A stretch of 63,463 bases of DNA, filler included, from Octopus bimaculoides (GCF_001194135.2; 4 parts of 4 records of this genome joined end to end with filler, not necessarily neighbours in it); one strand, 5' to 3'. Positions 40,121 to 54,200 are shown, counted from the whole stretch's first letter. Notes: generated by a model not told the origin, from the sequence alone. Translations and numbers: made by a program.

Positions 40121-40602
40121 TTAACCCTTTCGTTACCAACCGGGCCGAAACTGGCTCTGGCTCTGTAGAACAAATGCATTGTTTTCATAAGTACTGAATT
40201 CAAATCTTCCACCAAACCTTAGTCACAATTTATGTTACTAACACTAGCTTAATGATAACTAAGTTATTTTACTAAATTCCTTGTTATAGTTAAAATTAAT
40301 TGAAAGAATCACAGAGCATCTTAAAATAAATACAGTAATGAAAGGGTTGATATATAATAGAAAAACAATTCTTAACCCTTCCGATACCAACCCAACTACT
40401 GAAACTACCTTGGGCTTTGAGTACAAATGTCTTGTTCTCATAAGTTCTGATTTAAAATCTTCCACCAAACTTTAGCCACAATTTATGCTCCTAACACTAG
40501 CTTAATGATAACTAAGTTATTTTACTAAATTCTTTGTTATATTTAAAGTAATTGAAAGAAACACAGAGCACCTCAAAATAAATACTGTAATGAAAGGGTT
40601 AA
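40121..40602. mobile_element. Two tandem piggyBac-type MITEs (~222 bp each)
   Basis: TTAA|ccctttcgttac...gtaatgaaaggg|TTGA (40125-40346) and TTAA|cccttccgatac...gtaatgaaaggg|TTAA (40376-40598). Confidence 0.8.
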
Positions 40603-40809
40603 AGCATGAGTAGGAGATGAGCATAAAAAAACGTGGTCAACCCTGATCAAGCATACCAATGATTGAAGACAGTCCAACCATGACAAACCCATTTCTTTTA
40701 AAAGCATGTAGGACCACATTATCTGATGTGACATTTTTAAGATGGCAGGACGTAATTTAAGGAAGATATGGCTGCTGATGTACCCAGTGTAAGTTATGGA
40801 CACATAAGA

Positions 40810-42546
40810 GGTGCAGCAATATCAAAGGAAGGCTAACTGGGAAGATAGTTTTTGTATGTAGCAGATGCTCAGGAGCAATAAACACTGAAAATGTCCAGAG
40901 AACAACTTCTGCCACATTCCAGGGAGAAAAACTAGAAGTAGTTGATAGCTTCTGCTACCTAGGTGACCAAGTCAGTAGCGGGGGTGGGTGCACTGAAAGT
41001 GTAGCTGCTAGAATAAGAATAGCCTGGGCAAAGTTCAGAGAACTCTTACCTCTGCTGGTGACAAAGGGCCTCTCGCTCAGAGTAAAAGGTAGACTGTATG
41101 ACACATGTGTACGAACAGCCATGCTACATGGCAGTCAAACATGGGCTGTGACTGCTGAGGACATGCGCAAGCTTGCAAGGAATGAAGCCAGTATTCTCCG
41201 ATGGATGAGTAATGTCTGTGTACATACTCGACAGAGTGTAAGTACCTTGAGAGAAAAGTTAGACCTAAGAAGCATCAGATGTGGTGTGCAAGAGAGACGA
41301 CTGCACAGGTATGGTCATGCGGTGAGAATGGATGAGGAAAGCTGTATGAAAAAGTGTCACACCCTAGCAGTTGAGGAAACCTGTGGAAGAGGTAGACCCA
41401 GGAAAACCTGGGATGAGGTAGTGAAGCATGACCTTCGAACTTTAGGCCTCACCAAGGCAATGACTAGTGACCGAGACCTTTGGAAATATGCTGTGCTTGA
41501 GAAGACCCGGCAAGCCAAGTGAGACTGTAACCCATGGCCTCTGCCAAGTGTGTAACCAGCCCACTTATGTGTACCTTTCCTTCATTGGACAATAAACTCT
41601 GCATGCGAAGACCTGTTGAGGCAAGTGAAATTGAAATCAAATTCGATGACTGGTATCCGTGCTAGTGGAGCCCTAAGAGCACCATCCGAGCATGATCGTT
41701 GCCAGAGCAGCTGACTGGCTTCCATGCAGGTGATATGTAAAAAGCACCATTTGAGCATGATCATTACCAGTGTCACCTTATTGGCACTTGTGCCAGTCGC
41801 ACGTGAAAAAATATTCAAGTGAGGTTGTTGCCAGTGCCGCTGGACTGGCTCCTGTGCAGGTGGCATGTAAAAAACACCATTTGAGCATGGCTGTTGCCAG
41901 TACCACCTAACTGACCTCGTGCCGGTGGCATGTAAAAGCACCCACTACACTTAATATACAAAATGATGAAATGAATTTTGACCTAAATCTAAGGCCTCGG
42001 CCAGTCTACTTATGCGTACCTTCCTTCCTTCATTGGACACTAAACTCCACTTGCGAAGACCTGTTGAGGCAAGTGAAATCGAAATCGAGTTAAATTTGAC
42101 GTCTGACACCCATGCCAACGTCGTCTCCCTCATTGGACACAAAACTCAGCTTGCGAAGACTTATTGGGGCAAGCGAAAGCAAAATTGTGATGGCACCTGT
42201 CCCCATCGTCGCCTTTCTGGCACTTGTGCCTGCAACATGTGTAAGGACTTTCGAGCGAGGTTGTTGCCAGTTACCCTGGACTGGCTCTTGTACGGGTGGC
42301 ACATAAAATACACCATTTTGAGCGTGGCCGTTGCCAGTACCGCCTGACTGGCCTTCGTGCTGGTGGCACGTAAAAAGCACTCACTACACTCTCTGAGTGG
42401 TTGGCGTTAGGAAGGGCATCCAGCTGTAGAAACTCTGCCAAATCAGATTGGAGCCTGGTGTAGCCATCTCGTTTCACCAGTCCTCAGTCAAATCGTCCAA
42501 CCCATGCTAGCATGGAAAGCGGACGTTAAACGACGATGATGATGAT
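40810..42546 (+). mobile_element. 5'-truncated RTE LINE: RT C-terminus, repetitive 3' UTR, (GAT)n tail
   Basis: DSFCYLGDQVSSGGGCTESVAARIRIAWAKFRELLPLL.TKGLSLRVKGRLYDTCVRTAMLHGSQTW...RGRPRKTW. The 3' UTR module is duplicated (~41560-41950 and ~42010-42380). Confidence 0.9.
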
Positions 42547-43088
42547 AACAAAAAAAATTTATTACCTTAAAATTGAAACAAATTGCTCATTTGTATAACT
42601 CCTTCCATAACTGTTATGTCATTTACCTCCTCTCCTTCTCTTCCTCTGTCCCTGTGCTTCTTTGTGTGAGTGCAAAGTGTTCTCTTACTCATTGTCTGCC
42701 ATCAAGCCTAGTATGTGTAATTCTCATGCACCTCTTATGTTAACTTTCTTTATATCTCTGTTGCTCACTTCCTCTCTCTTTATACAATGTAAAGCATGAG
42801 CAGAGAAATCAATGAATCGATCATTTAATATTTATATTGGCTATTATTACATATACAGAGATTCTATAATTAACAAAATGAATGTATGATTATATTTAGC
42901 CATTTTGTTTGATGTATTAATGATTTTGATATTAATGTGTGTGTGTGTAGATATAAGTATATACCCATTATGTAGATTGGGTTGAAAGGTGTGTCTTAAA
43001 ATTTTTCAATCTCCTATTTTGATATGTAGACAGATATGTGTGTGTGTGTGTGTATGTGTTTGTATGTGTGTGTGTGTGTGTATGTGTT

Positions 43089-43119
<31 letters not shown>

Positions 43120-43947
43120 ATTATTCCTAATTAGCAATTATCTCAGCAAGTAACAATTTGTCATTAACCAAACTCAAACAAATCTAGTTGGAAACACAAG
43201 TAGCTTACTTAACAAGATTTAATGTATGCACGATCAGTAACATGAATTGTCAGTGCCTGGAGCATAGCAAGTATTGCTGCCCTCAACCTTTGTCCTGCAA
43301 CCTCTTCCTGAATACCCTCCACTAATCCAGTTTTACTCCCCTAAAATTTTGCACCCAGGACATCCACCCCCGTTTCCCTGCCTGTGTTTTGTCACTGAGT
43401 ATGATACATTTGAGCCATTTTGTGAACATCTCCATAAATCAAGAATTCAGCAATATAGGCTGATCTCCAAAGTTTCCTTCTTTGTCAGCAATTTGGTGAT
43501 TGAAGAAAACTAAGAAATCACCATAACAAAATTTCTTCCATTTTGATTGGTGCAGGCATGGCTGTGTGGTTAAGTTTGTTTCCCAACCAGGGACAGACTG
43601 GGGGAGGGGGCGCTTGAGGGGACACATGATCCCCTCAAGAAAAGAAGTGTGCCCTTCTAAATAATGTTATTATGCCCTTTTATCTTGGAATTGTATTCCC
43701 TTCTGACCCTGTGCTCTCCTTTTGAAAAATTCCTGGGACCGTGTCTGCCAGCAATGTGGAGTTGAATTCAGTCTCACTGTGTTACACCTCAAGGAGAGTA
43801 TCTTCTACAACAGCCCCAGGAAAACCAAAGCCTTGTGAGTGAACTCCATAGATGGAAACAAAGCTTGTGTGTGTGTGTCCTTGTCTTAACATCACTTGAT
43901 GTGTATACAAACATGAAACAGCCTGTCTTTAATATTTTGTTTCAGAG

Positions 43948-44490
43948 CAAAAGCTCAAAGAAACTTGCCTATTAAAAACACAGGACGTCTCTGGGAAAGC
44001 CAGTGGTAGCACACAGACTTTGAAATCAGCACAGTGGGTACCTACTTACTGTGGCAGACGTGCGGCCAAAGTGAGGATAGGGAGAGTGCCACCCGAAATT
44101 GACGAGGCATGGCTTGTGGCAGCCATCCTCTATAACACAGAAGAAAAAGCAGAAATTCTTAAAATGTGGAAGACCGCGGAGGTCAACTGGTGAGGGTATA
44201 GACTAGAGGTAATGGTAAATACCAGCCTACCTGACCTCCACAAGATTGTTGAAGAAATTATTCGACCAGATGAAACCAGACTGAGAATTACGGTGGAGGG
44301 AAGACCTCCAATTTGTTTTGCATGTGGAGTAAGGGGTTACATGAAAGCCAAGTGCCCCCAGAAACACGAACAGGATGGGGCGGAGAAAGAGTGTCGGGAA
44401 GGAGAAATTGTAATGGTAGAGGAGGAAGAAGAGACCACTGTGGTAGAGAAGAAGAGAAGAAACAGCGAATCTCCACTGAAAAAGAAATGA
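43948..44490 (+). pseudogene. Gag/ORF1-like zinc-knuckle protein relic (retroelement-derived)
   Basis: ~180 codons with a single in-frame TGA (44191-44193): KVRIGRVPPEIDEAWL...LRITVEGRPPICFACGVRGYMKAKCP (CX2CX4[H>Y]X4C). Confidence 0.65.
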
Positions 44491-44607
44491 TAATTAAAAT
44501 ATGTACCCTAATACTCCATATTTGTTAATGTATTTATCATTGATAGCAGTGAACATCACTTTGTGGGCGATGAGCTTCCTCTTCATGAAAAAAGTGTCGC
44601 CCATTCA

Positions 44608-45140
44608 CAGGGCTGGATTAAGACCCATAAAGGCCCTAAACACCTAAAAGATTTTGTCACCTTCATATATACGTAATTCCAAATATAAACAATAATAAAC
44701 CATAAAATAAATTTTTATTTTTTAAAATAGAACAAAATAACACTAAGATGTAAAAATGTTTATTTTTATCTACATCCACTTCATTTAGGTTTGAAAAGTT
44801 TTCTCCAACTTCTTTTTAATTGCAAGGTCATTAATTAGATCCTCAAAATTAATCTTACATAATACATCTGTATCTATACTTAGTAGAGAAAAGGCATCCT
44901 GAATATTATTTTAGCAAGTTCAAAGTGATTTCTTTTGTGTTGTAAACCATTTACCATTTCTGTGGTGCCTCCCTTCTTTCCTTTGATGCCCTAAGCATGT
45001 GCTTATTTCGCTTAATGGTTAATCTAGGGTGGCTCATCCAAGTTTCCTTAATATATGTATTTATTTCATTTACCCTGTCAATGGTCTTAGATGCATGTCC
45101 ATCACAATAGCCATGTAACCAACTTCTAAATTCAATAAAC
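44608..45140 (-). mobile_element. hAT transposon 3' end with C-terminal dimerisation-domain remnant
   Basis: Terminus cagggctggattaag at 44608. Minus-strand DAFSLLSIDTDVLCKINFEDLINDLAIKKK* matches the hAT C-terminus (L.LLSIE.D....I.FEDII.DFA.KK). Confidence 0.7.
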
Positions 45141-47104
45141 ACATCAGCTATGCCTGATCATAAAAAACAGCTAGTAACTATATTTGCCATGATAGTGCAT
45201 TAAGTATGTATTCATTCTCTTTCTTTTGTTTTTCCATCATTGAGAGCAAGATGCTATGCACTTTGCAGCAAGGTATCCAATTATCAATATATGGTACTCG
45301 TTTATTCAATAAAATGAAAATTTAATGTAATATAATTGATAGTTACCTTGGTGATCTAATTAGTGTTGGTAATGGTTGGAATAAGCATGATGTGTATTAG
45401 TGAGACATTGCTTTTGAATGTTGATCTGTGGAGGCTGAAGAAGAACAAGGTAAGCCTGTCTCGTTAGATGTATAATGGTTCTCTTGCCTTTGAGAGATGT
45501 GTCACAGACCAGGGGAAAACTGTTTATGAAAGGCATCGGCATATCTTTACAAGAGAGCTGGTTATTTCGGTGATGTGAATGGATGATAAGTAGCATGAGT
45601 ATATCTATGGAAGCAGAAAACTAAAATCATAAGAAGCGATCGAATCATATCTCTGGATCATTAACTTCACCCTATGAGAAAATGTAACGCCATCTTAGAT
45701 AAAAAAAAAAATGGACATTAGCTGCTGCATAAGCATTCCACCATTTTTATTCTCCTTCACCTATTTTTCCTCCACCATTACTGTTATAATCGTTGACATT
45801 ATCACTGCCACCATCTTTCAAATTCCTCTCATTTTCTAATACTACTACCTATCCTTCCCTCAGGGTTAGTGCATAATATCCAGTGTTCTTAAACCAGCTG
45901 TGCAATGTGTGTCCCCTTTTCCCAATTCTTCATTCTGTATCCTCTGCAAAAATCTTTTCTATAAATTCTGTCAGCCATCGCATTCTGAAAAATGTAGTTG
46001 AAAGATTTTAATAACCTTGTGTACATGAAATCTGTTATTATAAGGCAAGCTGGCAGAAGTGTTAGCATGTTGGGCAAAATGCTTAGCAACAGCATCTCAT
46101 CTGTCTTTATGTTCTGAGTTCTAATTCCGCTGAGGTTGACTTTGTCTTTCATCCCTTCAGGATCAATGAATTAAATACCAGTCAAGCACTGGGGTCAATG
46201 TAATTGACTTACCCAGTGCCCCAAAATTGGTAGCCTTGTGTCAAAATTTGAAACCGTTGTTGCTATCATTATCCTCCTGCATATCACTGAAGAAATTTAT
46301 TCTCTGGCAAAATTTTAAATGCTTCACACCAAATCATGTGTTGAGTCATGAAGCCTTGTGTCTTGGGTGTTGCATTCACGATCTAGTAATCATAGGTTCA
46401 ATTTCTGGACCAAGTAGCCCATTGTGTTCTGAAGTAAACAGTTCATTTTATGCTGCTCCAGTTCTCTCAGTTTTAAATGGGTCACCCTGCAATGGACTGG
46501 CATTTCAATTGGGTGCGGGGGGATGGAATGATGGTCTGCTTTCTTAGCCAGTGAGGTGGCATCTTTCAAAAGCTAAAATGATGCAAAACACATTGTGACC
46601 AACGATGTATAACATCCAATAGTCAGATCGGTTACATGATATAAAGACACACATGTGTATAATGTGTGTATTTATATGTATCTATATATGGGCAAAGTAT
46701 GTATAATATGTTTATATATATTTATGGGCTCGTGTGTATAATGTATACACTATATATATCATCATCATCGTTTAACGTCCGCTTTCCATGCTAGCATGGG
46801 TTGGACGATTTGACTGAGGACTGGTGAAACCGGATGGCAACACCAGGCTCCAGTCTGATTTGGCAGAGTTTCTACAGCTGGATGCCCTTCCTAACGCCAA
46901 CCACTCAGAGAGTGTAGTGGGTGCTTTTATGTGTCACCCGCACNNNNNNNNNNNNNNNNNNNNNNNNNNNNNNNNNNNNNNNNNNNNTTAATTAATTAAN
47001 NNNNNNNNNNNNNNNNNNNNNNNNNNNNNNNNNNNNNNNNNNNGTGTGTGATGTGTGTGTGTGTGTGTGTGATGTGTGTGTGTTTGTGTGTGTATGTGTA
47101 TAAG

Positions 47105-47415
47105 TGAAGATGCCTGGCTTAGTGGTTACGACATTCGTAAGGTCGTAATTTCAATTGCCGGAGACGCGGTGTGTCCTTGAGCAAGATACTTTATCTCACA
47201 TTGCTCCAGTCCACTCAGCTAGCAAAGATGAGTAGTTCCTGTATTTCAAAGAGGCCAGCCTTGTCACACTGTGTCACGCTGAATATCCCCGAGAACTACG
47301 TTAACGGTACACGTGTCTGTGGAGTGCTCAGGCACTTGCACGTTAATTTCACGAGCAGGTTATTCCGTTGATCGGATCAACTGGAACCCTCATCGTCGTC
47401 ATTGACCGAGTGCTC
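47105..47415 (+). mobile_element. tRNA-derived SINE (family C)
   Basis: Degenerate A/B-box head, gtgtccttgagcaag domain, and a 3' core (cacgttaatttcacgagcagg..gatcggatcaactggaaccc) shared with 49819-50108. Confidence 0.75.
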
Positions 47416-47504
47416 CTGTGTGTATACACACATACACACACACACGCACAAACATACATACACTGATGCGAATATAAATATAGAGGCACACTTACGTACA
47501 CGCT

Positions 47505-47542
<38 letters not shown>

Positions 47543-48109
47543 NNNNNNNNNNNNNNNNNNNNNNNNNNNNNNNNNNNNNNNNNNNNNNNNNNNNNNNNNN
47601 NNNNNNNNNNNNNNNNNNNNNNNNNNNNNNNNNNNNNNNNNNNNNNNNNNNNNNNNNNNNNNNNNNNNNNNNNNNNNNNNNNNNNNNNNNNNNNNNNNNN
47701 NNNNNNNNNNNNNNNNNNNNNNNNNNNNNNNNNNNNNNNNNNNNNNNNNNNNNNNNNNNNNNNNNNNNNNNNNNNNNNNNNNNNNNNNNNNNNNNNNNNN
47801 NNNNNNNNNNNNNNNNNNNNNNNNNNNNNNNNNNNNNNNNNNNNNNNNNNNNNNNNNNNNNNNNNNNNNNNNNNNNNNNNNNNNNNNNNNNNNNNNNNNN
47901 NNNNNNNNNNNNNNNNNNNNNNNNNNNNNNNNNNNNNNNNNNNNNNNNNNNNNGCCTGTGTGTGTGTGTATGCGTGTATACGGATGCATGGATATACGTA
48001 TGTATATAGCGATGGTTTGATGTGTTTGTGCAAATGTATATATATGTACATATTTTAAAAGACAACAGAAATAAACACACACTGACAGGTAGACAGACAT
48101 AAAGACAAA

Positions 48110-48126
48110 CAGACAGATAGATAGAT

Positions 48127-48192
<66 letters not shown>
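48110..48192. repeat. (GATA)n microsatellite
   Basis: Direct reading. Confidence 0.95.
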
Positions 48193-48194
<2 letters not shown>

Positions 48195-49078
48195 TTTTAG
48201 ATGTTTTTTGTTTCAGTATACGTACATGTGGTGTGTGTGTGTGTGTGTGCATGTGTGTGTGTGTGTGCGTGTCTGTTAGCGTGCGTGTGTGTACTAATGC
48301 TTATGGTTACATATGTATGTATAATGAGCCTCTGCGTGTATATGTGTATCCACGGTCGTGATGGCAATCTTACGATTTGTGAGTGTGTGTATATGCGTCA
48401 ATGTGTGTATGCGTAGGTGCACGTGCGTGTGTTTATGAGTGCGCTGGGTTTTGGCCAGTGTCCAGTTCTCTGCTGGTCAAATGTCCAGAGTGATTGAAGG
48501 AGTGCTGCTTGTTCAATAATTTGAACCACAGCCAAACGGAACCAGTTGTCTCCACTTGGCATGTTTCATGCGTATCATGACAAAATGGCTACCAGTCCGT
48601 TCGTTAAGTATTTGGTGGAAGTGGGGCAGTGTGGGGAGATATTACCTGTCCACCATTGCATTATTGCGGACGCTATGAAGAAATTCTATAGTATATACGA
48701 AACGGTTTCGATATCTCTTGTCTGTTTTTTTTGTGTGTTTTTTTTATTATAAAATAGTTATTTTCTATTATTATTGATTTCAAATTTTGGCACAACACCA
48801 GTAATTTCAGGGGAAGCAGCTAAGTCGATTAGAGCGATCCTAGTGCTCAATTGGTACTTATTTTATCGACCCCGAAAGGATGAAAGGCAGAGCCGACCTC
48901 GACGGAATTTGAACTCGGAACGTAAAGGCAGACGAAATGCCGCTAAGCATTTTGCCCAGCGTACTAATGACTCAACCAGCTCATTAGCTTTAATTTACAT
49001 TTTTATCAAAATATGTTAGCGGTTTTAATTGTTTTAAAAGACGATTTAGACATGTTGTGAAAGAAGGGAGACATATAC

Positions 49079-49159
<81 letters not shown>

Positions 49160-49818
49160 NNNNNNNNNNNNNNNNNNNNNNNNNNNNNNNNNNNNNNNNN
49201 NNNNNNNNNNNNNNNNNNNNNNNNNNNNNNNNNNNNNNNNNNNNNNNNNNNNNNNNNNNNNNNNNNNNNNNNNNNNNNNNNNNNNNNNNNNNNNNNNNNN
49301 NNNNNNNNNNNNNNNNNNNNNNNNNNNNNNNNNNNNNNNNNNNNNNNNNNNNNNNNNNNNNNNNNNNNNNNNNNNNNNNNNNNNNNNNNNNNNNNNNNNN
49401 NNNNNNNNNNNNNNNNNNNNNNNNNNNNNNNNNNNNNNNNNNNNNNNNNNNNNNNNNNNNNNNNNNNNNNNNNNNNNNNNNNNNNNNNNNNNNNNNNNNN
49501 NNNNNNNNNNNNNNNNNNNNNNNNNNNNNNNNNNNNNNNNNNNNNNNNNNNNNNNNNNNNNNNNNNNNNNNNNNNNNNNNNNNNNNNNNNNNNNNNNNNN
49601 NNNNNNNNNNNNNNNNNNNNNNNNNNNNNNNNNNNNNNNNNNNNNNNNNNNNNNNNNNNNNNNNNNNNNNNNNNNNNNNNNNNNNNNNNNNNNNNNNNNN
49701 NNNNNNNNNNNNNNNNNNNNNNNNNNNNNNNNNNNNNNNNNNNNNNNNNNNNNNNNNNNNNNNNNNNNNNNNNNNNNNNNNNNNNNNNNNNNNNNNNNNN
49801 NNNNNNNNNNNNNNNNNN

Positions 49819-50108
49819 CACCTAAAGCTCTACGAGGCTCCGGCAGGGGATGGTGGCGAACCCTGTTGTACTCTTCCACCACAACTTTCTCTCACTCTTA
49901 CTTCCTGTTTCTGTTGTGCCTGTAATTCAAAGGGGCCAACCTTGTCACATTGTGTCACGCTGAATATCCCCGAGAACTACGTTAAGGGTACACGTGTCTG
50001 TGGAGTGCTCAGCCACTTGCACGTTAATTTCACGAGCAGGTTGTTCCGTTGATCGGATCAACTGGAACCCTCGACGTCGTAAGCGACGGAGTGCCAACAA
50101 CAACAACT
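49819..50108 (+). mobile_element. tRNA-derived SINE body with (CAA)n tail
   Basis: Shares its 5' body with 50755-50960 and its 3' core with 47105-47415. Confidence 0.8.
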
Positions 50109-50754
50109 ATTACTGGTGATATGAAAACACTATTGACCTCTCGCTTTCTACTACATTATTAGCCCTACTTATATTTGTATTACTATAACCCGCCCCCGAC
50201 ATGCTTGATTCATCTTCCTTTTCATTTTATTTTTTCATACTATTTTATTATTTATTTCATAGTTTTTCCTTTAATTTACCGCACACTATCCCCACTAATA
50301 TTTCTTACGCCCTCTAGGAATTATTACTCTTTTGTTTATTTTAATCATTAGATTTAATTCGTATTTTTCTATCTTACCTTTGGGAATTTTATCTTTATTT
50401 TGATTTTTATTATTTTTTATTATTATTATTATTATTGCTTTTTAGGTTCACTTAGTTAAATGCTTATCTTAAGGTTACTTTCCTCATAGGATTAACCGGC
50501 CAGTGGCATCGGCATTAATGTTACACATCTATTGTACCCATTAGTGTCTCTATATTTCTTTTTCTTTTCTTTTTTTTTTCTGGTTTATAATAATAGAAAT
50601 TATTTATTTTTATGTCAATGTACTGCTTTTGTAAGCTTGATAGCATTTTAACATGCGACTTTTCCTTAAATATTACCCGCCTAACAATCAATACCATTTT
50701 ATTTTTATTTTTGCACTGTAGAGCACCTATCTAATATACTTTTATTACATACCG

Positions 50755-50960
50755 GTAGGTGCAATGGCCCAGTGGTTATGGCAGCGGACTCGCGGTCATA
50801 GGATCGCGGTTTCGATTCCCAGACTTGGCGTTGTGAGTGTTTATTGAGCGAAAACACCTAAAGCTCCACGAGGCTCCGGCAGAGGATGGTGGCGAACCCT
50901 GCTGTACTCTTTCACGACGAGTTTCTCTCACTCTTACTTCCTGTTTCTGTTGTACCTATA
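50755..50960 (+). mobile_element. tRNA-derived SINE head and body, 3' truncated
   Basis: gcaatggcccagtggttatggcagcggactcgcgg...ggtttcgattccc (A/B boxes); same head as 37415-37503. Confidence 0.8.
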
Positions 50961-51194
50961 ATTACGCGGAGCACCGTAAATTTACAGCATCGGTTTTGGC
51001 TTTTTATGAATGATGATTAAGTTAAATTTTCTCTACTGCGTCATTACACAACGTTATGCGCGGTTTGAACTTTTGAACTGTCCTCCAGAATAACATAAAA
51101 AGTCCAGCAATTAAGAAGGAAAGGCACGAAAGTAAATCTTAAAGAAGCATTAAGGACTACTCAATTCAAGGTACACGGTTTTTCTCTCATTTTA

Positions 51195-51250
<56 letters not shown>

Positions 51251-51870
51251 CTTCGTAAAACAGTGTAGGTAAAAATGCACCGGAGTCTTTAGTCATCCGT
51301 CAAGTCACAACAAGGACCTCAGATAATAATTTCCTTAAAATGTGCGCTGTGCCCAATAAGACTGAGTGAGAGAGCAGTGCATGCCATCAAAGTGACACTG
51401 GGGTAAAATATACGAAGCCCAGTATACCCATCAGGACTACCCGTCTGATAAGGGTACAACAGGTACATGCATCAGAACCATGCGCGGGCGACATGGTGAT
51501 CTCATATCAACATATCAAGATAAACAGCGCATGACCTTGCACGTGGTGCCCAGTTAGAATTTTCTTCAGGTCAAGTAGCGTATCCTTCTCAAAAGGTCCC
51601 TGAATAAGGGTTGTTTAAGGATGTTGAACGAACCACTCATGTTTCCATAGTTAAATTATCCAAGCCCTAAAGAATTCCTCTCAGCATATGAAAATGCTGC
51701 TCCCCCACTTCTTCTGCTCGTGATCAGAGATGCACATATCATGAGCCACCAAGGGACATGCTCAACTGTTTAAGGTTAAACAACTGACAAGCAAATCTAT
51801 GGTATTAAGCAGACTATTTGTTGTAGCCCATCCTTTAACGCCAAGACAAAACAATGTACATGATAACACT

Positions 51871-51931
<61 letters not shown>

Positions 51932-52175
51932 GCTTGGTGTTAGAACTCAATCTACATATGGTTCGTTCAGAACAAAGTGTCAATCGAGTGCAGAACAGGA
52001 ATAAGAAATTAGAATTAAAGCCGAACAAGAATTTTTATTCCTTTGTCATTTTAATTTCTCACATATATATACATACATACGAATATATGCGTGTGTGTAT
52101 TGTATGCGTTTGTGTGTGTGTATACTTTAATATCGAACAGTGAGAATTACTGCTCAAGACCGCATTGGTACAGTG

Positions 52176-52218
<43 letters not shown>

Positions 52219-52636
52219 GCATTTATGTTTATATTCATATTTCAATGAAATATATATATATATACATATAAGGAAACACACATATACATACGTGGTTACT
52301 TATTTGCATAAACTTGTACGCAAATGCAAGAGAAGTTATTCTAATTATCATTCTCTTCTCTGCGTCTCTCCCCTCCTTCCGTCTCGCCCTTTCTTTCTCT
52401 CTCCCTCCTTCTGTCTCTCCCTCTTTCAGTCCTTATTGCAAGAACTTCACGATGATTTATTAATTTGATTAACTGAAATTCTATTTCCGTATCCTACTAA
52501 TGTTACAGAACAAATAAAGTTACATTTCTATCCTGTAGCCATTTTGAAGCTATACTTGAGAAACAGTATTACTTTTGGTAAGATAGGTATTAATAGCATC
52601 AAAGAATTTATTTATGGACTAAAATTTTAATTATAG

Positions 52637-52769
52637 CTTTAAATCTGATTGAGTATATAAAAGAGGACCAACTATACACCATTACGGTAATACATAGAGC
52701 TTCCTTCAACATATTCACCATTATTTATAATATTGAATGCGTTCAAGATTTCTTGGTGATAAGTTTTCG
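52637..52769 (+). CDS. Candidate internal exon, unknown protein
   Basis: ttttaattatag|CT + LNLIEYIKEDQLYTITVIHRASFNIFTIIYNIECVQDFLVISF + CG|gtgagc. Open frame with canonical sites; no recognised family. Confidence 0.25.
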
Positions 52770-53151
52770 GTGAGCGTATGTATGTATGTGTATATATATG
52801 CCTGTGTGTGAATATAATATATATATATATATATACATGTTTGTATGCATGAATGTATGTATGTATGTATGTATGTATGTATGTATGTTCGTATGCATGT
52901 ATATGCATGCATGTATATATTTATACTCACACACAGAGAAACACACACACACATGCGCGCGCATATATATTTAATATGTATATACATACATATTTTCATC
53001 TATTTTCACCTTCGGCCGTTGTTACGAACGAGAGAAAATGTATTGAAAATATATTCAAGAAAATGTACAGAGGATTGTATATTACAAGCGCACACACGCA
53101 CACACACGCACAAACACACACACACACACATATATATATGCATGCATACAT

Positions 53152-53196
<45 letters not shown>

Positions 53197-53963
53197 TATG
53201 TATATATATATATGTATATGTATATGAACATATATATAGCCATCTGTGTATCGTACTTAATGTGAATATATCGTGAAATGGATATTTAATTTGGTATTCG
53301 TTCGAAGATAATATTCTTTTATGAAACTGCTGTGTTTAAATGCATAATAAATCTCGAAGGGAGACGAAAATCGACCTAGCAGCAGGTGATGAGTGTTACA
53401 GGACTATTTCTGACTCGTTGGTTATTGTATGTAGCGTGTAGTCATAACCAGCTGCACGTTAATACGAAACCTCTTACCACCGATATACGGGAAACAGGGA
53501 ATAAATATACGGGAAGCAGAGGAGTTGCAGATGGCCGTTCGGCTGAATCAAGCTCACAGAAACATGCAACATATCTTCTGCTGTAGCCCCGGTCGTCCCA
53601 GGGCTACAATAGAGGACATTTTCCCAAGATGGCGCGCAGTGGGACCGAACCTGGCACCATGAAGCTACCAAGTGACCTTCTTAACCACTAAGATACCCCT
53701 TTGCCTTTTCTTTGGAAATTAGAAATGCTCAACAATATCTAATGCAGGGAAATGTTAGTTTCAGTTTTTAGTTTTTTGTCACAAGGCCAGCAAGCTGGGG
53801 GGGATGGAGAATGTCGACTACATCAAGCCCAGTACCCAACTGCTACTTATTTTATCCACCCCGAAACGATGCAAGGCAAAGTGTACCTCGGCCGAATTTG
53901 AACACAAAACCTAAAGACGGACGAAATACTGCAAAGTATTTTGTACATTGAAATAACTATTCT

Positions 53964-54200
53964 TATTTCTTTATTGCCCACAAGGGGCTAAACATAGAGG
54001 AGACAAACAAGGAAAGACAAAGGGATTAAGTCGATTACATCGACCCCAGTGCGTAACTGGTACTTAATTTATCAACCCCGAAAGGATGAACGGCAAAGTC
54101 GACCTCGGCGGAATTTGAACTCAGAACGTAAAGACAAACGAAATACAGCTAAGTATTTCGCCCGGCGCGCTAACGTTTCTGCCAGCTCGCCGCCTTGAGC
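53964..54200 (-). mobile_element. Family B SINE with 10-bp TSD
   Basis: taactattct at 53954-53963 and 54201-54210. Confidence 0.85.

Noticed and set aside
45340-45460. Apparent exon ending AAG|gtaagc (ETLLLNVDLWRLKKNK)
   Set aside because: The sequence aligns to a very degenerate RTE RT fragment (YLGDLIS..; ctgtg..gctga motif).
45870-45990. Minus-strand acceptor followed by MRWLTEFIEKIFAEDTE
   Set aside because: All frames stop soon after; no donor or homology.
52428-52468. Acceptor followed by SLLQELHDDLLI*
   Set aside because: The polypyrimidine tract is a CT low-complexity run; only 12 codons.
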